This document shows positions 36,701 through 49,788 of a stretch of DNA of 64,000 bases, one piece after another. The first letter of the stretch is position 1. Each line of letters opens with the position of its first letter. The stretch lies in NCBI GenBank assembly GCA_900088475.1, contig FLMG01002864.1, positions 76,382 to 140,381 on the forward strand, in the 5' to 3' direction. The notes below the pieces were generated by a model. It did no database searches. It saw only the letters and a list, made by a program, of their open reading frames with translations, and was not told where the DNA came from. The position numbers were made by a program, and so were the translations under genes. The stretch is from Hyphochytrium catenoides. Taxonomy: Eukaryota > Protista > Hyphochytriomycota.

Positions 36701-39700
36701 GACGTTTTGCATGCGGCTATCTAGTTCAATGTGCATTTGCTTCTCGGCCATGCTCCTGGAAATGAAAACGAGACTTATCCCTGGCCGCCCTCACTTCCGA
36801 AATCTGCTCTTTCGGGTCGCCTTTCTGTTAGTACTTAAAAATTTCTTCACCCTAGCTTCCAGCCTAATTCTTGCATTGATTAGGTCGCTGCGCGTGGGGG
36901 CGTAGAAGGGTCTCCTGAATTGGCTTCCGTAGTCCACTCAGATGTAGGAGAGATTCCAAATCGATATCAGCCAGTGGTCAATGCAATCTTTCGTTCTGCC
37001 CTCTCTTCTTCATCTTGCTCCAGAGATAAAGAGGGTATGTTACGTCTTTTGTTGTCGTTTCAAGGAGAGCACTTCTCCTAGCCAGTAACCCTAGCTGTAA
37101 GCAGGTCTAGCTGTAGTTCAACCTTCAATGCTATAACCCACGCATTGATCTCTGTTCATAGAGCTAACAAAGGTACTTCCCTCTGTCGCTCTCATTCGCG
37201 GTCCGGGTAAACTTAACAGATGTGAAGTCATTCAGAGGCAGAAAGCTGGATAGATCAGCCGAAGAAGTTTTCAGACTTGCTTCACGGCAGGAATTGTCTG
37301 GAGAGGCTGTGCTAAACACAGTTCTTGCGGGCACTTTAGCTACATTCTACTTCCAGGTAAGGACTCATGCAGGAACGATAAGCACCCTTACCTTCAATCG
37401 CTGGCTTTGTCTGCCTTCCACCATCACGTCGAAAGTGTCCGATACGTAGCTGTATACGGTCCATGCTGGGATGGGCAACTTAGGCAGTGACGGCTAGCTG
37501 CGGACTTTTGGAAATAACGCCTGCTTGACATACACCCATAACCCTCTTGGCAGGATGGAGCACTGCTTTCCTGCAGAGAGCAATCCTCACTCCCAGAAGA
37601 GGTCTGGGAGCTCTCAAGCCTAAGAGCATGTGCTCTGCTGGTCTTCGAGGCCTATACTTTTGTTCGACTTACCTTTGCCGAAAATGGCAAGGAGGTGGTG
37701 CACCATTTAGAGGTAGGTCCCTTGGTCTAAAGGGTCCCCATATATGATCTCCTTTACATAACGTTATCAATTGAAGGACTCTAAGACTTACCTCCTCAGT
37801 TCGGTGGTCACTCTGGGTCAATCTGTTTTAAAAGATCACCACTCTGCTTCCTAATCTCACCGACTTACCCGTGCTGGCGCTCTCTCAAAATACCCTTCAC
37901 AGTTTGACGAGGAAGGAAGTGGGCTCTGGTGTTGGAAGGGCCTACGATCGGTAGTGGATCAACAGGTTAATCCCTCTGTTGAGAAGATACCGGGGAGCGT
38001 GAAGGAGCCATGCAAAGGGAAGAGAGTGGTAGACTTTATCTGTATGACCTGTTCTTGCACCATATGGATGTGCGACGATTTTGGTGAGAGGCACTCTTTT
38101 GATCCTAGTTACTTTGATACACCAATCGATTCCTACAGATCTGGCATTAAGCCCTATTATATGGAGATATCTAGCTGAAGCACCACTCTGCTCTGGCGCT
38201 TTGCTGGTAGCCCCTTGGTCTAACGTCTTCGTTCGTCCTGCCTCCATGCTTTTTCCTGCACAGGGGTCGATTCGCTAATAGGGCAGACGATACAACTATA
38301 CCGCTGCTGCGTGTGCAGTAGCACGAGCCTCTTTCACGTGTCTAGTGTCGGGACCGAGGAGGATAAGGTGGAGGCCGTAGGTCAGGACCTTGACCGAGAC
38401 ATTGAGGGAGACAGGAAGCGAGCTGAGGATATATACGAAGCACAGGTGGAACAGCCTCCTCCGGCAAAAGTAGAGGCGCTCACATCCATAGCAAAGAGTC
38501 CCAGTGAGTCGAAAGGAGAAGGAGACGATTCAACTGCAAATGAGGGCGAATCATCTAATGGCACTCCAGTCATGGAAGAGAAACTCCATAAGCAAAGCTC
38601 CAAGAAAGGGCGATATATCTATGACATTCCCTTTATGAGCATAGAAGATTCGAGAACCTACTTCGAGACTTACCAGGAAGAGGATGACAAACCCTCACTG
38701 CCTCCACTGGCAGAGTTCGGACAAAGAGATTCGGCTTACGGAGATGGGAAAGGAAAGGAAGGGCATGATTATCTCCAGGCCACGGAGGAGGTGTCGAGGG
38801 AGACCCTAGATAAATGGGACGAGGAGAACATAGTCCCTATGGCAACCCTTCCACTATCGGAAGCCCAAGCATCGGAAAACCTCCCCGATTCTTCTCTCAA
38901 AAAGGCCGAAGTGCAAGGAACACCAGAGGAGACACCAACGGGGGGTGCTTCAGGGGGAAGATTAGTAGGCTCGATGGCACAGGTTGCCCTAACTATGGCC
39001 TCCACATTGGCAAATGTGTCCAGTCCAAGTCTTAGACCCATCGGTAAAGTCGTCGTCGATCGTAACAAAATTTGGGAAAGGAAGCTGAGAATTAATTGCT
39101 TTGGTGATGGGTCTTCAGCTGGTTAGCTAATGTAAAGGTAGACACGCCGGGAGGGGTCTTGGTAGAGGAAGAGAGAGTTAGAGACCGAAGTACACCCCTA
39201 AAGCGCATGTTGCATATGTAGCGGCCAAGTTGTCTGGGGGTGACATCCCCGACCTACCTGAAGGGTTGGGGCCGCCTGGCACTACCGGAGAGGAGAAAAC
39301 CAAGGAAGAGGACGAGACAGAGGATCTGTACTCCATCATGAACTCGTACAAGCCGGTGAGTTAGAGACATCCACCCCCCTTTATGTTAGGCTGACATAAG
39401 CTTTACCATTGGCTACCCTTTTTGTTGGAAGGATATCCTTTGCTGCTCACCCTTTCCAACATTATCCCTTGTGAACTCTCTATCCACCTCTTTTCTAGTC
39501 ACCTCTTCTGTGATGCCTACTAGAAGCTCTTATCGGCTCAGATCGTCCTCGATCTTATTGGTCTCACTCTCACCTGTGCCTCTCATACCTCGAGAGTTGC
39601 GTTCAACACGCAAGCTCATCCTTGTTCTCGTTGCCTCCTTACCAATTCCTGGTCATTTCATTACCTCTTATGATCAATGCAGCTGGACGAGGGCCTATAT

Positions 39701-41500
39701 GACTACTTCCGGACGGAAATGTTTGCTCTTCGTAGCCGCCAGCAGCAGCATCACAGTGGGCGAGAGAGGGGCGAGGCAGGACCCACTATAGAAAAGTTCC
39801 TGCAGGTGTTCCGTCTTACTCTCCTCTATTATCAAGACTACCAGAGAGCGCAACTGCCCGAGCTTCCTATCCTATTGGTGCTCACAGATGTGGCCTTATA
39901 TGTGGTTACGGATTCTTTCCAAGGTATGGCTTGCGTTGTCTCTATTGCCCTCTGGTCAATCATCCGCCAGCCAGTCTTTCTGCTTGTCGCTCTCTTGGCC
40001 GTCCTGCTCGCGGCGGGCAACGCCCCCTAAAATTTCCCTTACGGTGGCTCCACCAGCAGCTGCCGTCCACAATCCTCTTCTCATTTTGCCTTGCTCTGGT
40101 CTTTCGCAAAGTAGGCAAGAGAGGGGAGCACGTCTACAATGAGAGGACAGTGCGGGTGCTCCATCGACTCCCACTGAAAGACTTGACAATCATCCTGGTT
40201 GGATTCTATGGGCAGTCCTTGCGGCTGACATTCACAAGCTTTAGTAGGACGTAAGCTTATCGTCTTGCCTACGGCGGGAGATCTTTTGGTCTTCACTTTC
40301 CAGTCATGACACTTTTTCTTCTTCCTTTCGGCTCCTCCTAGCCTCTCCCTCTTTGTCCCATATCCGTAGACCTGCTATCACTGTGTTACCGGCAATCGGT
40401 GGTCGTCTCGCAATGGTGCAACTATCTATTGCAGTCGATCGTTGCCTCTTCTGTTCCGTCTTGGCTCTACAATTTTTCCTTCTCTAAGCGGCCAGCCATT
40501 CCGCTAGGTTGGTGCTCATCACGCGATGGAAGGATCTTACATATGAGATCTCGGACCGGCTTTTCCAGCTGTCAAAGGAGCTCTCTGGCGGCTGTCAATT
40601 GTCTACAGACGACTTCAACACCCTTGACGACCTTTCACTCAATATCACGGGCGGCAAGAGCCAGATAAAGGCTTATGCAATGCTTTTCGAGGTTCGCTGT
40701 CTAATATGCATCCTGTCAGCTCTTTCTTCTGTCTCAGGTGTAGAGGTTTGCGGCCCTTGTCGGCTTGTTCTCCTCTGGCGGTCACCAGTGTTTGTCCCAG
40801 TAGACTTCAAAAAGGCTTGCTGAATTCTGATTTTGGAGACTGCGTTCGTTCAAGTCCTGCCTTCTCTGCTAAGGCTAATTCTTCTCTTACCTCAGAAAGG
40901 AAGTGGCGTTGACCTGATACCGAGGACACTATTGCTTACAGCGGAGGTAGCACATTGGATTAGTTTACTTCTCTATGGTCAAAAATTGTCTTCGCCCAAT
41001 ATGCCAGCTGTTTCTTGTTGACGCCAACTTTCTTTCTTATGCCCTGATTGCCGTTGTCTTTTATAGGAGCTCTACTTGTTGGATGATGACATTGCTCGCC
41101 GAAACAAGAGTTGGACATCACAATTTACGATAGCTCAGGCGATTCCCATCAGGTTAGCCACACCCTGGAATTGTTAGAACCTAGAGGGCGATGCTTCAAA
41201 TGACCCTCAGCACAAAGAGAACCGAAAGTTGACACCCTAAGACCTGATGCTCATTCATATGACTTATGACGGGCAACCAGTGACCAGCTAGACAAGACTA
41301 TGCTAAGCCGCTTATTCTCATGCAGGGATATCGTCAGTCTGGTCCTGGAGGAGCACCCTCTCGAGTTTACTCTGGAAGTGAGGCGTCCAGGTGCTTTGTT
41401 GTTTGGAGCACGAAAAATCCACTTAAAGACACCTACCCGGGAGATGAAAGACAGGGTGGTCAAGGAGATTAGGACATTAGTCAATAAGAGACCATCCTAA
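33752..41500 (+). CDS. STK11IP/nischarin-like leucine-rich repeat protein with C-terminal PH-like regions, multi-exon (start approximate)
   Basis: N-terminal LVRKLTEQLRD..LHINSACLHYL; DLSIFPSLRHISING and W..L..ID (STK11IP/NISCH LRR cap); LRRs LQRLDLRHNALTDVKGL, LTTLNIRGNKLRDLKAL, YLSDNPL..YR; acidic linker; C-terminal LDEGLYDYFRTEMF, LLVLTDVALYVV, PRTLLLTAE-LYLLDDD. Confidence 0.65.
35426..35540. repeat. Compound (CT)n/(TG)n/(CA)n microsatellite in an intron
   Basis: Dinucleotide runs visible directly. Confidence 0.9.
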
Positions 41501-41778
41501 GAAGCTAAGACTGCAAGAACCAGTGGGCAGGACAATCGTGATCAGACAATGCTAGTCTATGCGGCGTTTTGATTGAAGGTCCATCACCGAGACATAGAGA
41601 ATAAGGAACCTCGGAGCGAAGTGCAGACTCCAGCTTACTACTAGTTTCAGGCAGCCTAGATGGAACGTGAAGATCCTTTCTATCTTCCCAAAATAAGACG
41701 CTATTTATTATTTAGGTTTGCTCTCATAAGAGAACCCGCTCTCCCGACACACTTTGTAACGCTAAGAGTGGCGCCTCC

Positions 41779-44318
41779 CTAGCCGAAGTTGATTCCTTGT
41801 GCCAGCGGCAAGCTGTCGCTGTGGTTGATGGTGCAGGTCGATCTCCGACAGTACTGTGGAAAAGGTTAAAATAAAGAAGCATACAGTTAGAGTTAAAGCA
41901 AGAAGCAAGAAGAAGGCAGGAGTGCCCAAGCAGTACCAGACTTCTCTCTCAACACTAACTGGAGGTTTCCTACCTGCTTCCAAGCATCACTGCCAGATTC
42001 CCTTCCTCCGCCTGTCTCTTTCTCCCCGCCGAAGGCGCCTCCAATCTCTGCGCCACTGGTTCCGATGTTCACGTTAACGATGCCACAGTCTGAACCATTT
42101 GCGCCAGTCCACTTGAAGATAGCTTGCTGATTCTTAGTGAAGAGCGATGATGAAAGGCCTTGTGGAACGCTATTGTTTAGCTCGATTGCCTCGTCCAATG
42201 TCGAGAAGCGCAGCACATAGAGAATGGGTGCGAAAATCTCCTCCTGCGCATCCAAGATTCAGATCATAGTGTAAGCGACTGGTCATCAGCTTGCTATTTG
42301 CAAGTATACACATAAGCAAAGAACGAGGATCGAATCGAGGACATATAACTCTAGACCCTTCGTTGAAAGAGAAGTGGCCTAGTTACCTGAACAATCTCCG
42401 CTCTGGCGTCAATCTCAATGATTGTAGGCTCCACGAAGTTACCCTTTCTATCTGTGAGAACCTTGCCTCCGCGCAGGATCTGTGTGACAACATATAGAAG
42501 GCGGCCATGAACATTAATGTACTTTCCGCGGATCTCTCCTTCATGTCTTAACCCTATCGATTTTCTGCACCTACAGTCTGGTCCATGCATATCCCTCAGT
42601 TGGATCAGCCCTTCTTCTGTAACGTCCGCCTTCATCACAGAAGTACTAGCTCTATAACAAATGCCCCTAAGTCTTCTTCTTACCTTTCCACCCTGCTTCT
42701 TTGCTTCCTCTATTCCTCGCTTGTAATTCTCAACGGCTGCCTTATTGTGCAAAGGACCGCACAGGGTCTGACTGTCCAGTGGATCTCCGATCTGTACACT
42801 GTTATATGCCTTCAATAGCTTTTCGACCACCGTACTGTAGACTTTATCCTGCAGGAATAGGCGACGAAGAGAGGTACAGCGCTGTCCCGCTGTTCCGACA
42901 GCAGAAAATAGCGCCGCCCTGCTAGCTAACTCCAGGTCTGCATCGTCACAGACAATCATAGCATTATTTCCGCCCAACTCTAGGATTTTCTTTGCAAAGC
43001 GGCGACCGGTGACTTCGCTAACGTGCCTGCCAATCTTCGTACTGCCGGTGAAGGAGACAAGCTCAACGCGAGGATCTTGAATAAGTGCCTCCCCTACGGT
43101 TGGGCCACTGCAAGCAGTGGGAGTGGAGGGTTAGTAGGTGTCATAACACTCGAGAACCTAGCAACTCTGTATGGTCAATACCTTCCACAGCAGAGAGAGG
43201 CAATTACCCCTGGATAACCACATTCTTCGAGGACCTCTGATGTCAGCTTGGTCAGTGCCACCGAAGTCAGACAGAGGGAGTCAGCGGGCTTCCAGATCTG
43301 TGTGTTTCCACACACCAAGCTCAGGGCAGCATTCCAGAACATGACGGCACAAGGGAAGTTGAAGGCGGTAATAATGCCCACATGGCCCTTCAGAGGATTG
43401 TACCGCTCCATCATAAAGTGACCGGGCCGTTCGGAGGGAATAACTTGGCCATTAAGAGCCCGTGACAGGCCTACAGCGAACTCGCAGATATCCACAGCTT
43501 CCTGGACTTCACCAACTCCCTGAGGTTAACAGGTGATAAAGAGAAGTGAGCCAACGGAAGCACAGAGCCACCTAAGGCTCAACTAATGACGTTGCCGGGG
43601 AGGAGGTTAGCGAGGAATGTACAAAGCACACCCCGATGCTATCACGTAGCTTCGGTAACGAGAGCCATAGGAATGATTGAGTTGCTGCAACAGAGGTCAA
43701 GAAGTAGGAGGGAGAACAGGGTTTACGCAGAAGTGGTCTGCATCCTTACGCACCTCAACTTTGATCTTTCCCATCTCCAGTGATACCAGAGCACCTAGAT
43801 CGTCAATATGGTCCCTTAGCTTGAGGCCCATGCGACGCACCACTTCTCCTCTCTTAGGGGCCGGAACTTCCGCCCACATGGCCTTAGCCTGTGTTGCAGA
43901 GGCATACTTTCAGATGCCTAGCAGAAGAGCTGATAGAGGTAGTCGTTCGTCACCTTATCCATCTCTTCAATGCATTTGTTATAGTCCTCCACAGTCCCCG
44001 TCCGAATCCTTGCGATGGGCTCGTTTGTGGCAGGATTTACTGAGGTGAACCATGGCCCATTTGCCTCCCACTTGCCCGAGTAGACGCCGATGTTATCCTT
44101 CTCCAGGCCTAATCGCTGCAGAGACGTTTAGGTTACTAGAAAGCATATGAAGCTGATGGCCAGCTTCTAACCTTCAAAAAGGGATACTTGTCGAAAGTGA
44201 GCTCAGATGAAGACATGGCTCTTGATAATGGCAAGCTAAACGCTCTTGAGGTTCCTCGGAACAGGCTAGTTTGAGTCTTGGAGGTGGAAGCCTTCACTAG
44301 GGAGTAGACTGAAAGCAT
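41779..44318 (-). CDS. ALDH7A1: Aldehyde dehydrogenase family 7 (antiquitin / alpha-aminoadipic semialdehyde dehydrogenase), multi-exon
   Basis: [77 protein letters not shown] (catalytic Cys), [51 protein letters not shown]. Confidence 0.97.
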
Positions 44319-45171
44319 CACGCCTGAGATTAGGATAACACAGGGCACTGTTAGCACAAAGCTTGCACAGCATCCACAATCTCAACCCGAGAGAGGTTAC
44401 CTGAAGCGCTGCACTGCCAATAAATTGTTGGGAGCTAGTATATATATGGTGGAGTTAGCGACAAGCCCGTTAGAAGCAGACTGGCAATAGATTTCTGAGT
44501 CAATGGCAGTGCGCTATGGAAGAAGCTCGAACAGACGGCCAAGGATCTGTGGCATCACTCACCGCACTTGCTCAGTTGACAAGGATGGAGGATGAAGAGC
44601 CAGCCACACGGTGGTCTTCAGGAGTGCCTCTCTGTCAACAGGTTCCAAGGTTGTCACAGTGCAACCGTGGTTGGTGACGCGACTCCTCATGCCAGATGAG
44701 TCACCTAAATCTATAGAAGTGATGGAGGGTGATATGTCACCGCTTGGGGATTGTGGAACGGGTGAGAGGCAAAAGAATCAAGCCATCAGTGGAAATGTGG
44801 GGATATACATAATAACTCTATCTAAAACCAAGGTTATTAGTGATTAAAGCATTTATATTCCATATAACTCGAGCTTAGTTGAAGTTCAAGTGCTGAGCGC
44901 ATCAAACGCAAGGTTTGGGTGATGTTAGGAAGAGGGACGGCCTTCATCCTTCATCATCAGCTCATCAGGCACATCAGGCACTTGTTGAGCGCTGCAGACA
45001 GATCCGAAGATCCAGAGGCATTGACTCGTGGCATTCGAAACTCTATAGAGGTTGGAGAGGTGATAAGCCATAGATTATTTATGAAAGCCTTCAAGGTATT
45101 AGGGCGGTTTGGTCGGACTGGTGAGGAGGTAATCTTATGGTTAGGCTTGTATTTCGCAGATAATGCGGTCG

Positions 45172-46045
45172 CCTCCTCCCCGCGCTCACCGATGTCTAAG
45201 ACCTCGCCCCAAGCCAGCTCTTACTTTTGGGCGCGTTAGCAAGGATCAGCGAATAGAAAGGCCATTCAGTCACCGAGGTCCGATGCACGAGGAATAATGC
45301 GATGCTTGCGAGAGGCTGGGCACTCGAGACGACTAGCTCTTAGTAGTGCTACTTTAGACGCTCACCCGCTGAAGCGTTTGGCTTTCTTAATCAGCTCGTT
45401 CCTCCGCATTGTAGAGAAGAGGAGTGGGTCCTCATGAAGTTTATGAGCGGGTTTAAGTAGATCCATTTACAATCAAGCCCCATACATGCCTGATCGTTTG
45501 ACCATTATTCTAGCCTTACAAAGATGATGATAAAGAGACGACGCCATTTAGTTCACTGCTATAGTTCTTCCTTTCCGGGCTACTTGGTGATACCTAAGCA
45601 GGCGCGTATATACGAGATCTGCCTTGCAGCAGCTGACCAGCACCTTCTTCAATCTACCAGAGGCTTGGAAGGTAGAGGACTTCGCCTGCACCACCACAAC
45701 GTGAAGTTGAGAGGCTAATTGATGCAAAGGGTACTGGCTGTCGCTCAGTAGTGGGCCTCTGATGGTCATAGCTATCCATCTGAACGTCGGAGCGGAGTCT
45801 TTGTCAAGCACGACGCTCCATTCGCCATTTGCGACGAGAGGTAGGGTCCCTGCTGCTTCCATGTTGCCTGCCGCTGTCTGTTCGCCACTGTAGCGGTGGG
45901 TGGTTGCTCCTCGATATTCTCCTCTAACAAGAGAAGTTCCGCCGCTGGATAGGGATAGAGTGAACCTCCTCCTTTCACCACCAGTGATGACTGCATATAA
46001 GTTCTGAATGACAATGATTAGTGACTAAACGTCGGATAGTCCAAA
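45172..46045 (-). pseudogene. Partial (3' half) intron-retaining duplicate of JMJD7, degenerate
   Basis: Colinear with 47118-47990, including introns and 3' flank. Has indels, a premature stop (AVN*) where the YW|GTGAGT donor is deleted, and no 5' exons. Confidence 0.88.
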
Positions 46046-46049
46046 CAAG

Positions 46050-46300
46050 AATTATCACCTCGACTGCATATACTTGTAACAATATGGCAGCGATAGCGTG
46101 CTTACTACCGTCGGTATAAACGATGAAAGGTTTGTCCAAATCCGGAGCCTGAAGCACCAGGCCTTGGGTAGACTGCACTTTAATGAACTCGACTGCTGAT
46201 GTTAAGCTGCCCCCTGTATAGCAGAGAGGCATACATCTCGCAACTCTCACTAGTATGTACGGACACTGCTCCGCAATCTTGCAAAGGCTTATCGCCTAGC
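46050..46300 (-). mobile_element. Ty3/Gypsy LTR-retrotransposon RT-RNase H junction relic
   Basis: LVLQAPDLDKPFIVYTDGSKHAIAAILLQ matches the PVL..PD..KPF.L.TDAS..AIGAVL.Q RNase H start of Ty3/Gypsy pol. Confidence 0.75.
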
Positions 46301-46584
46301 GAGGAGAATTATTAGCGAAAGGCCTTTATTTGAGGGTACAAGCATAGCACTTTAACTCCAAAGTTATTACTCCGTATTAGATAACAGTCGTCCTTCAAAG
46401 TGAGAGCCTAAATAATGGTCAGCAGCACATAATGAGTGGCGTACACAACGACCACGGAGTATTATCTTTTCAACTTTCAGGAGATTCTCATCATCAGGAC
46501 GATGATGCATTGTTACTGGCCTTTCCATTGATTATGAACTGATACAGCAGCAGTGGTGCTTCTACTGCAAAGCAGAGAAGAAGA

Positions 46585-46700
46585 TCATTGGAATTTTTTC
46601 TTTCTTGATGAGCTCTGAAACGCTGTATCATCAGCATAATGAAGTTCTAAAATAGGAACGACGGACACTGGGACTAATCGGCCAAAGGCTGCGTTACTAA
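46585..46700 (-). mobile_element. Non-LTR (LINE-like) reverse transcriptase fragment
   Basis: ILELHYADDTAFQSSS..FQ carries the YADD catalytic motif in a LINE-like context. Short and isolated. Confidence 0.5.
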
Positions 46701-47292
46701 GCGAAACGACGGCTAATAGTGAAGAAGGCATTTTCGGGTTACGCATGGTTGAACGCGGTGATGTCATCGATGTTTGGTGTCAACAAGAGGGATCCCTAGT
46801 AGTCCTCGGTCCTTGTACTCATCATTCAGCTCGTCGATAATAGAACTCACTGAGCTGTCAGAGATAATAATAACCAACCACCGCGTACCACAAAATCAGC
46901 TGAGGATTGATGACCGGTGTAGATGGTGCAGGTGTTTTATCTAAACAACAATTCTTTATCAACCAAAGCTGTCGGACCTAGCTGAGATGAAGGTCCTAGG
47001 GAATTTGGGTTGAAGTTGGGGTCTGGAGGATGGGTATCACCGGGATCTACACCGCTATTGAGTGCGGGCTGAAGTTCTGCTGCTGCTGATGGCTAATTGA
47101 ATAGACCACGACATGTCCCTCGCCGCGCTCGCCTATGCCTAAGACCTTGCCCAATGCAGCTCTCACTTATTGGTGCGTTAGTAGGGATGAGTGAATAGAG
47201 AGAGCCACTCAGTCACCCAGACTCATGCACAGATAAAAAGTTGCGATGCTTACCAGAGGCTGGACACTGGTTGACTAACTCTAGGGTCTACT

Positions 47293-48872
47293 CTACACGC
47301 TTCCCTGCTGCAACGTTTGGCTTTCTTCAGCAGCCTGGTCCTCCGCATGGTAGAGAAGTGGGGTGGGGCCTCTGATGACATTTCTGAGCAGGTTGTAGTA
47401 GACCCATTTACAATCAAACTGCATGTCATGCCTGATCCAATGACCATTATTCTAGCCTTGCAGCAGTTGATAAGAAAGAGACGATGCCACTCACCAGTAG
47501 TTCACTGCTATAGTTCTTCCTTTCTGGGCTACTTGGTGATACCTAAGCAGGCGCGTATATAAGAGATCTACCTTACAGCAGCTGACAAGGAGTTTATCCA
47601 ACACCCTACCAGAGACTTGGGAGATAGAGGACTTCGCCTGGTCGGACCACAACGTGAAGTGGAGAAGCTAATTGATGCAATGGGTACTGGGCGTCGCGCT
47701 CAGTATTGGGTCTCTGATGGTCATAAGGAGTGATAGCTATCCATCTGACCGGAGCGGAGTCTTTGTCAAGCACAACGCTCCATTCGCCATTTGCGAGAGG
47801 GAGAGTTCTTGCTGTTTCCATGTTGCCTGCCGCTGTCTGTTCGCCATTGTAGCGGTAAGTGGCCCCTGCATATTCTCTCTCATAGAGGAAAGGAAGGTCC
47901 GCCGGGGGATAGAGAGTGAACCTCTTTTCACCAGTGATGACTGCATATAAATTCTGATGACAATGATTAGTGTTTAAAGCTCGGACAGTGCAAATCAAGA
48001 ATTTTCGACCTCATAATGATCCTTATGTAAAGAGGACACCGACCGTTCGTCGCCTATCCATAGGTTCACCTTCAGGTGTAACAGCACGTAAGCACACCAC
48101 CAGAGTATGGTTATTGCTGCAAGCCTACCGCGTCCGGCTCATTATCAAAGATATCAGACGCGAAGCCCAAGGATGGCTCAATGTCGTCGTCCATAAGGCC
48201 CTGGAACTCAATCCGTAGGCTGTCATTCTAAGGGAATCTTGTGAGCGACGCCCGATGCTTTCACCTACTGGAGGCTAGCTCTAAGACTGACCTGGTGGGA
48301 AAGGTATGGTACACCATGGTAGTCATGGTTGTTGAGGATAGCAAAGAAGTCTTGCAGGCTCATTTTTCTCTCCTCGGGCTTGACAAAGAGTTCCCGTGAG
48401 CCGACGGGGATGACGCAATCAGCTAGGCCATTGGGCGTCACGTTAACTATATGGACAAAGGTATCACCGCAAGTCAGAAGAGTCCAGGTAGCGCTGTAAT
48501 AGTAGGACCTTTATTAGCGTGGCGCCGACGTCCTTCGGCCTACCCGAGACAATAGGATTTCCTGTTTTACTAATCAGGTAAGAGTCATCCTTCCATCGTT
48601 TCAGGGCGGGCCAATGATCGATGGCCCCGCATATAATAGCCGGTTCATTTCTGCTAACAAAGTCTTTATAGAATCTTAGTGGATCTATGGGAGCTTTGAT
48701 ACGTCTGATCTCTGAAGACTGAACCTAGGGTGTGCAAAGCGGTCGTAGGCTGAGGGACCCAATCTTCGGAGAGCCAATATTACACTCATAATCTATGAAG
48801 CATCCTTACCCAGAAGTCACGAACATCAGAAGATAACTGCTGAAGCGGTTGTCCTGGGTTTGTTGTCGTCAT
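47293..48872 (-). CDS. JMJD7: JmjC-domain hydroxylase JMJD7, multi-exon
   Basis: [76 protein letters not shown] (HxD), FTLYPP, PGEVLYLPSLWYHQV (distal His), IAVNYWHDMQF. Confidence 0.95.
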
Positions 48873-49788
48873 TCTTTTCTTTGCCACTGCGGCCTTTGGA
48901 GGTCAGTCACAATTGGCGGACGTTACAGCGCTTTCCACGAAGTCATTCTCATGTATCGAAAGGTTACTAGTCGTTACTTATCCTCCATAAGCACGGAACG
49001 GAGATAATGCCACGCGGTCTCTGTCCTATGACGATCCGTGTGTTTGAACATGTAACCTATTGCCGCTAAATCCTCAGTCCCGATGTTGATGCTCATCAAA
49101 CCCAACAGTACAAAGACTTGCAGGCATTGACGACGGCCCTTTCCTATGCACCTCCACCGAGGGAAAGGCCAAAAGGGCAGGCTAGTTGGGAGATCGTGCA
49201 GCACCTGCAGCCCTTGCTAGGATGAAGCTTATTGACCCGCCCCACTTGTTCCCATTCCTCCTCAACAGGCCAAAGAGATGAGAATCCTTTCCGATCATCC
49301 CCACCATCGCGTCGCCCAATCATCGGTCAGAATGATCACACAGACAGGTCCGGAACTGGATACATTAATCTTGGTTCTATGCCAAATAAACGCTATCGAG
49401 TCAGATAACCAGCATGCTGGTGGAGAAGATTCTAGACAAGAGCTCCGTTGGCTTGGTCTTCAAAGGGCTGGAGCCTGTCCACAAGAAGACCTTGAGTGAG
49501 CGTTGACCATTGCTTTTTATAGAGCATGGTGAGGGAACTACTTGTGTTTGACTGCTTTGTATCCATCATCATTATGACCTGAACCTGGCCTGTCAGAACG
49601 GGCGTGTCGTTCGATTCTAGATAACCACCATCTGACCTGCCGGTATTTGTAATAAAGATACCTGTATTTCAGATGTAGGGATCCTATCTGAGGTCGAGAA
49701 ACATCTTAGATACCGATCATTTCCCATCTTTCCTTGCCCAGCGCAAAACACTTTTTGTTGAGCTTCAGAATTCTGCCCTTATCGCATC

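Noticed and set aside
39433-39441. ATATCCTTT, the U12 AT-AC donor consensus
   Set aside because: It sits inside an ordinary GT-AG intron that already joins YKP|LDEG in frame.
49600-49620. GTTCGATTC tRNA T-loop-like motif
   Set aside because: No T-stem pairing or cloverleaf around it.
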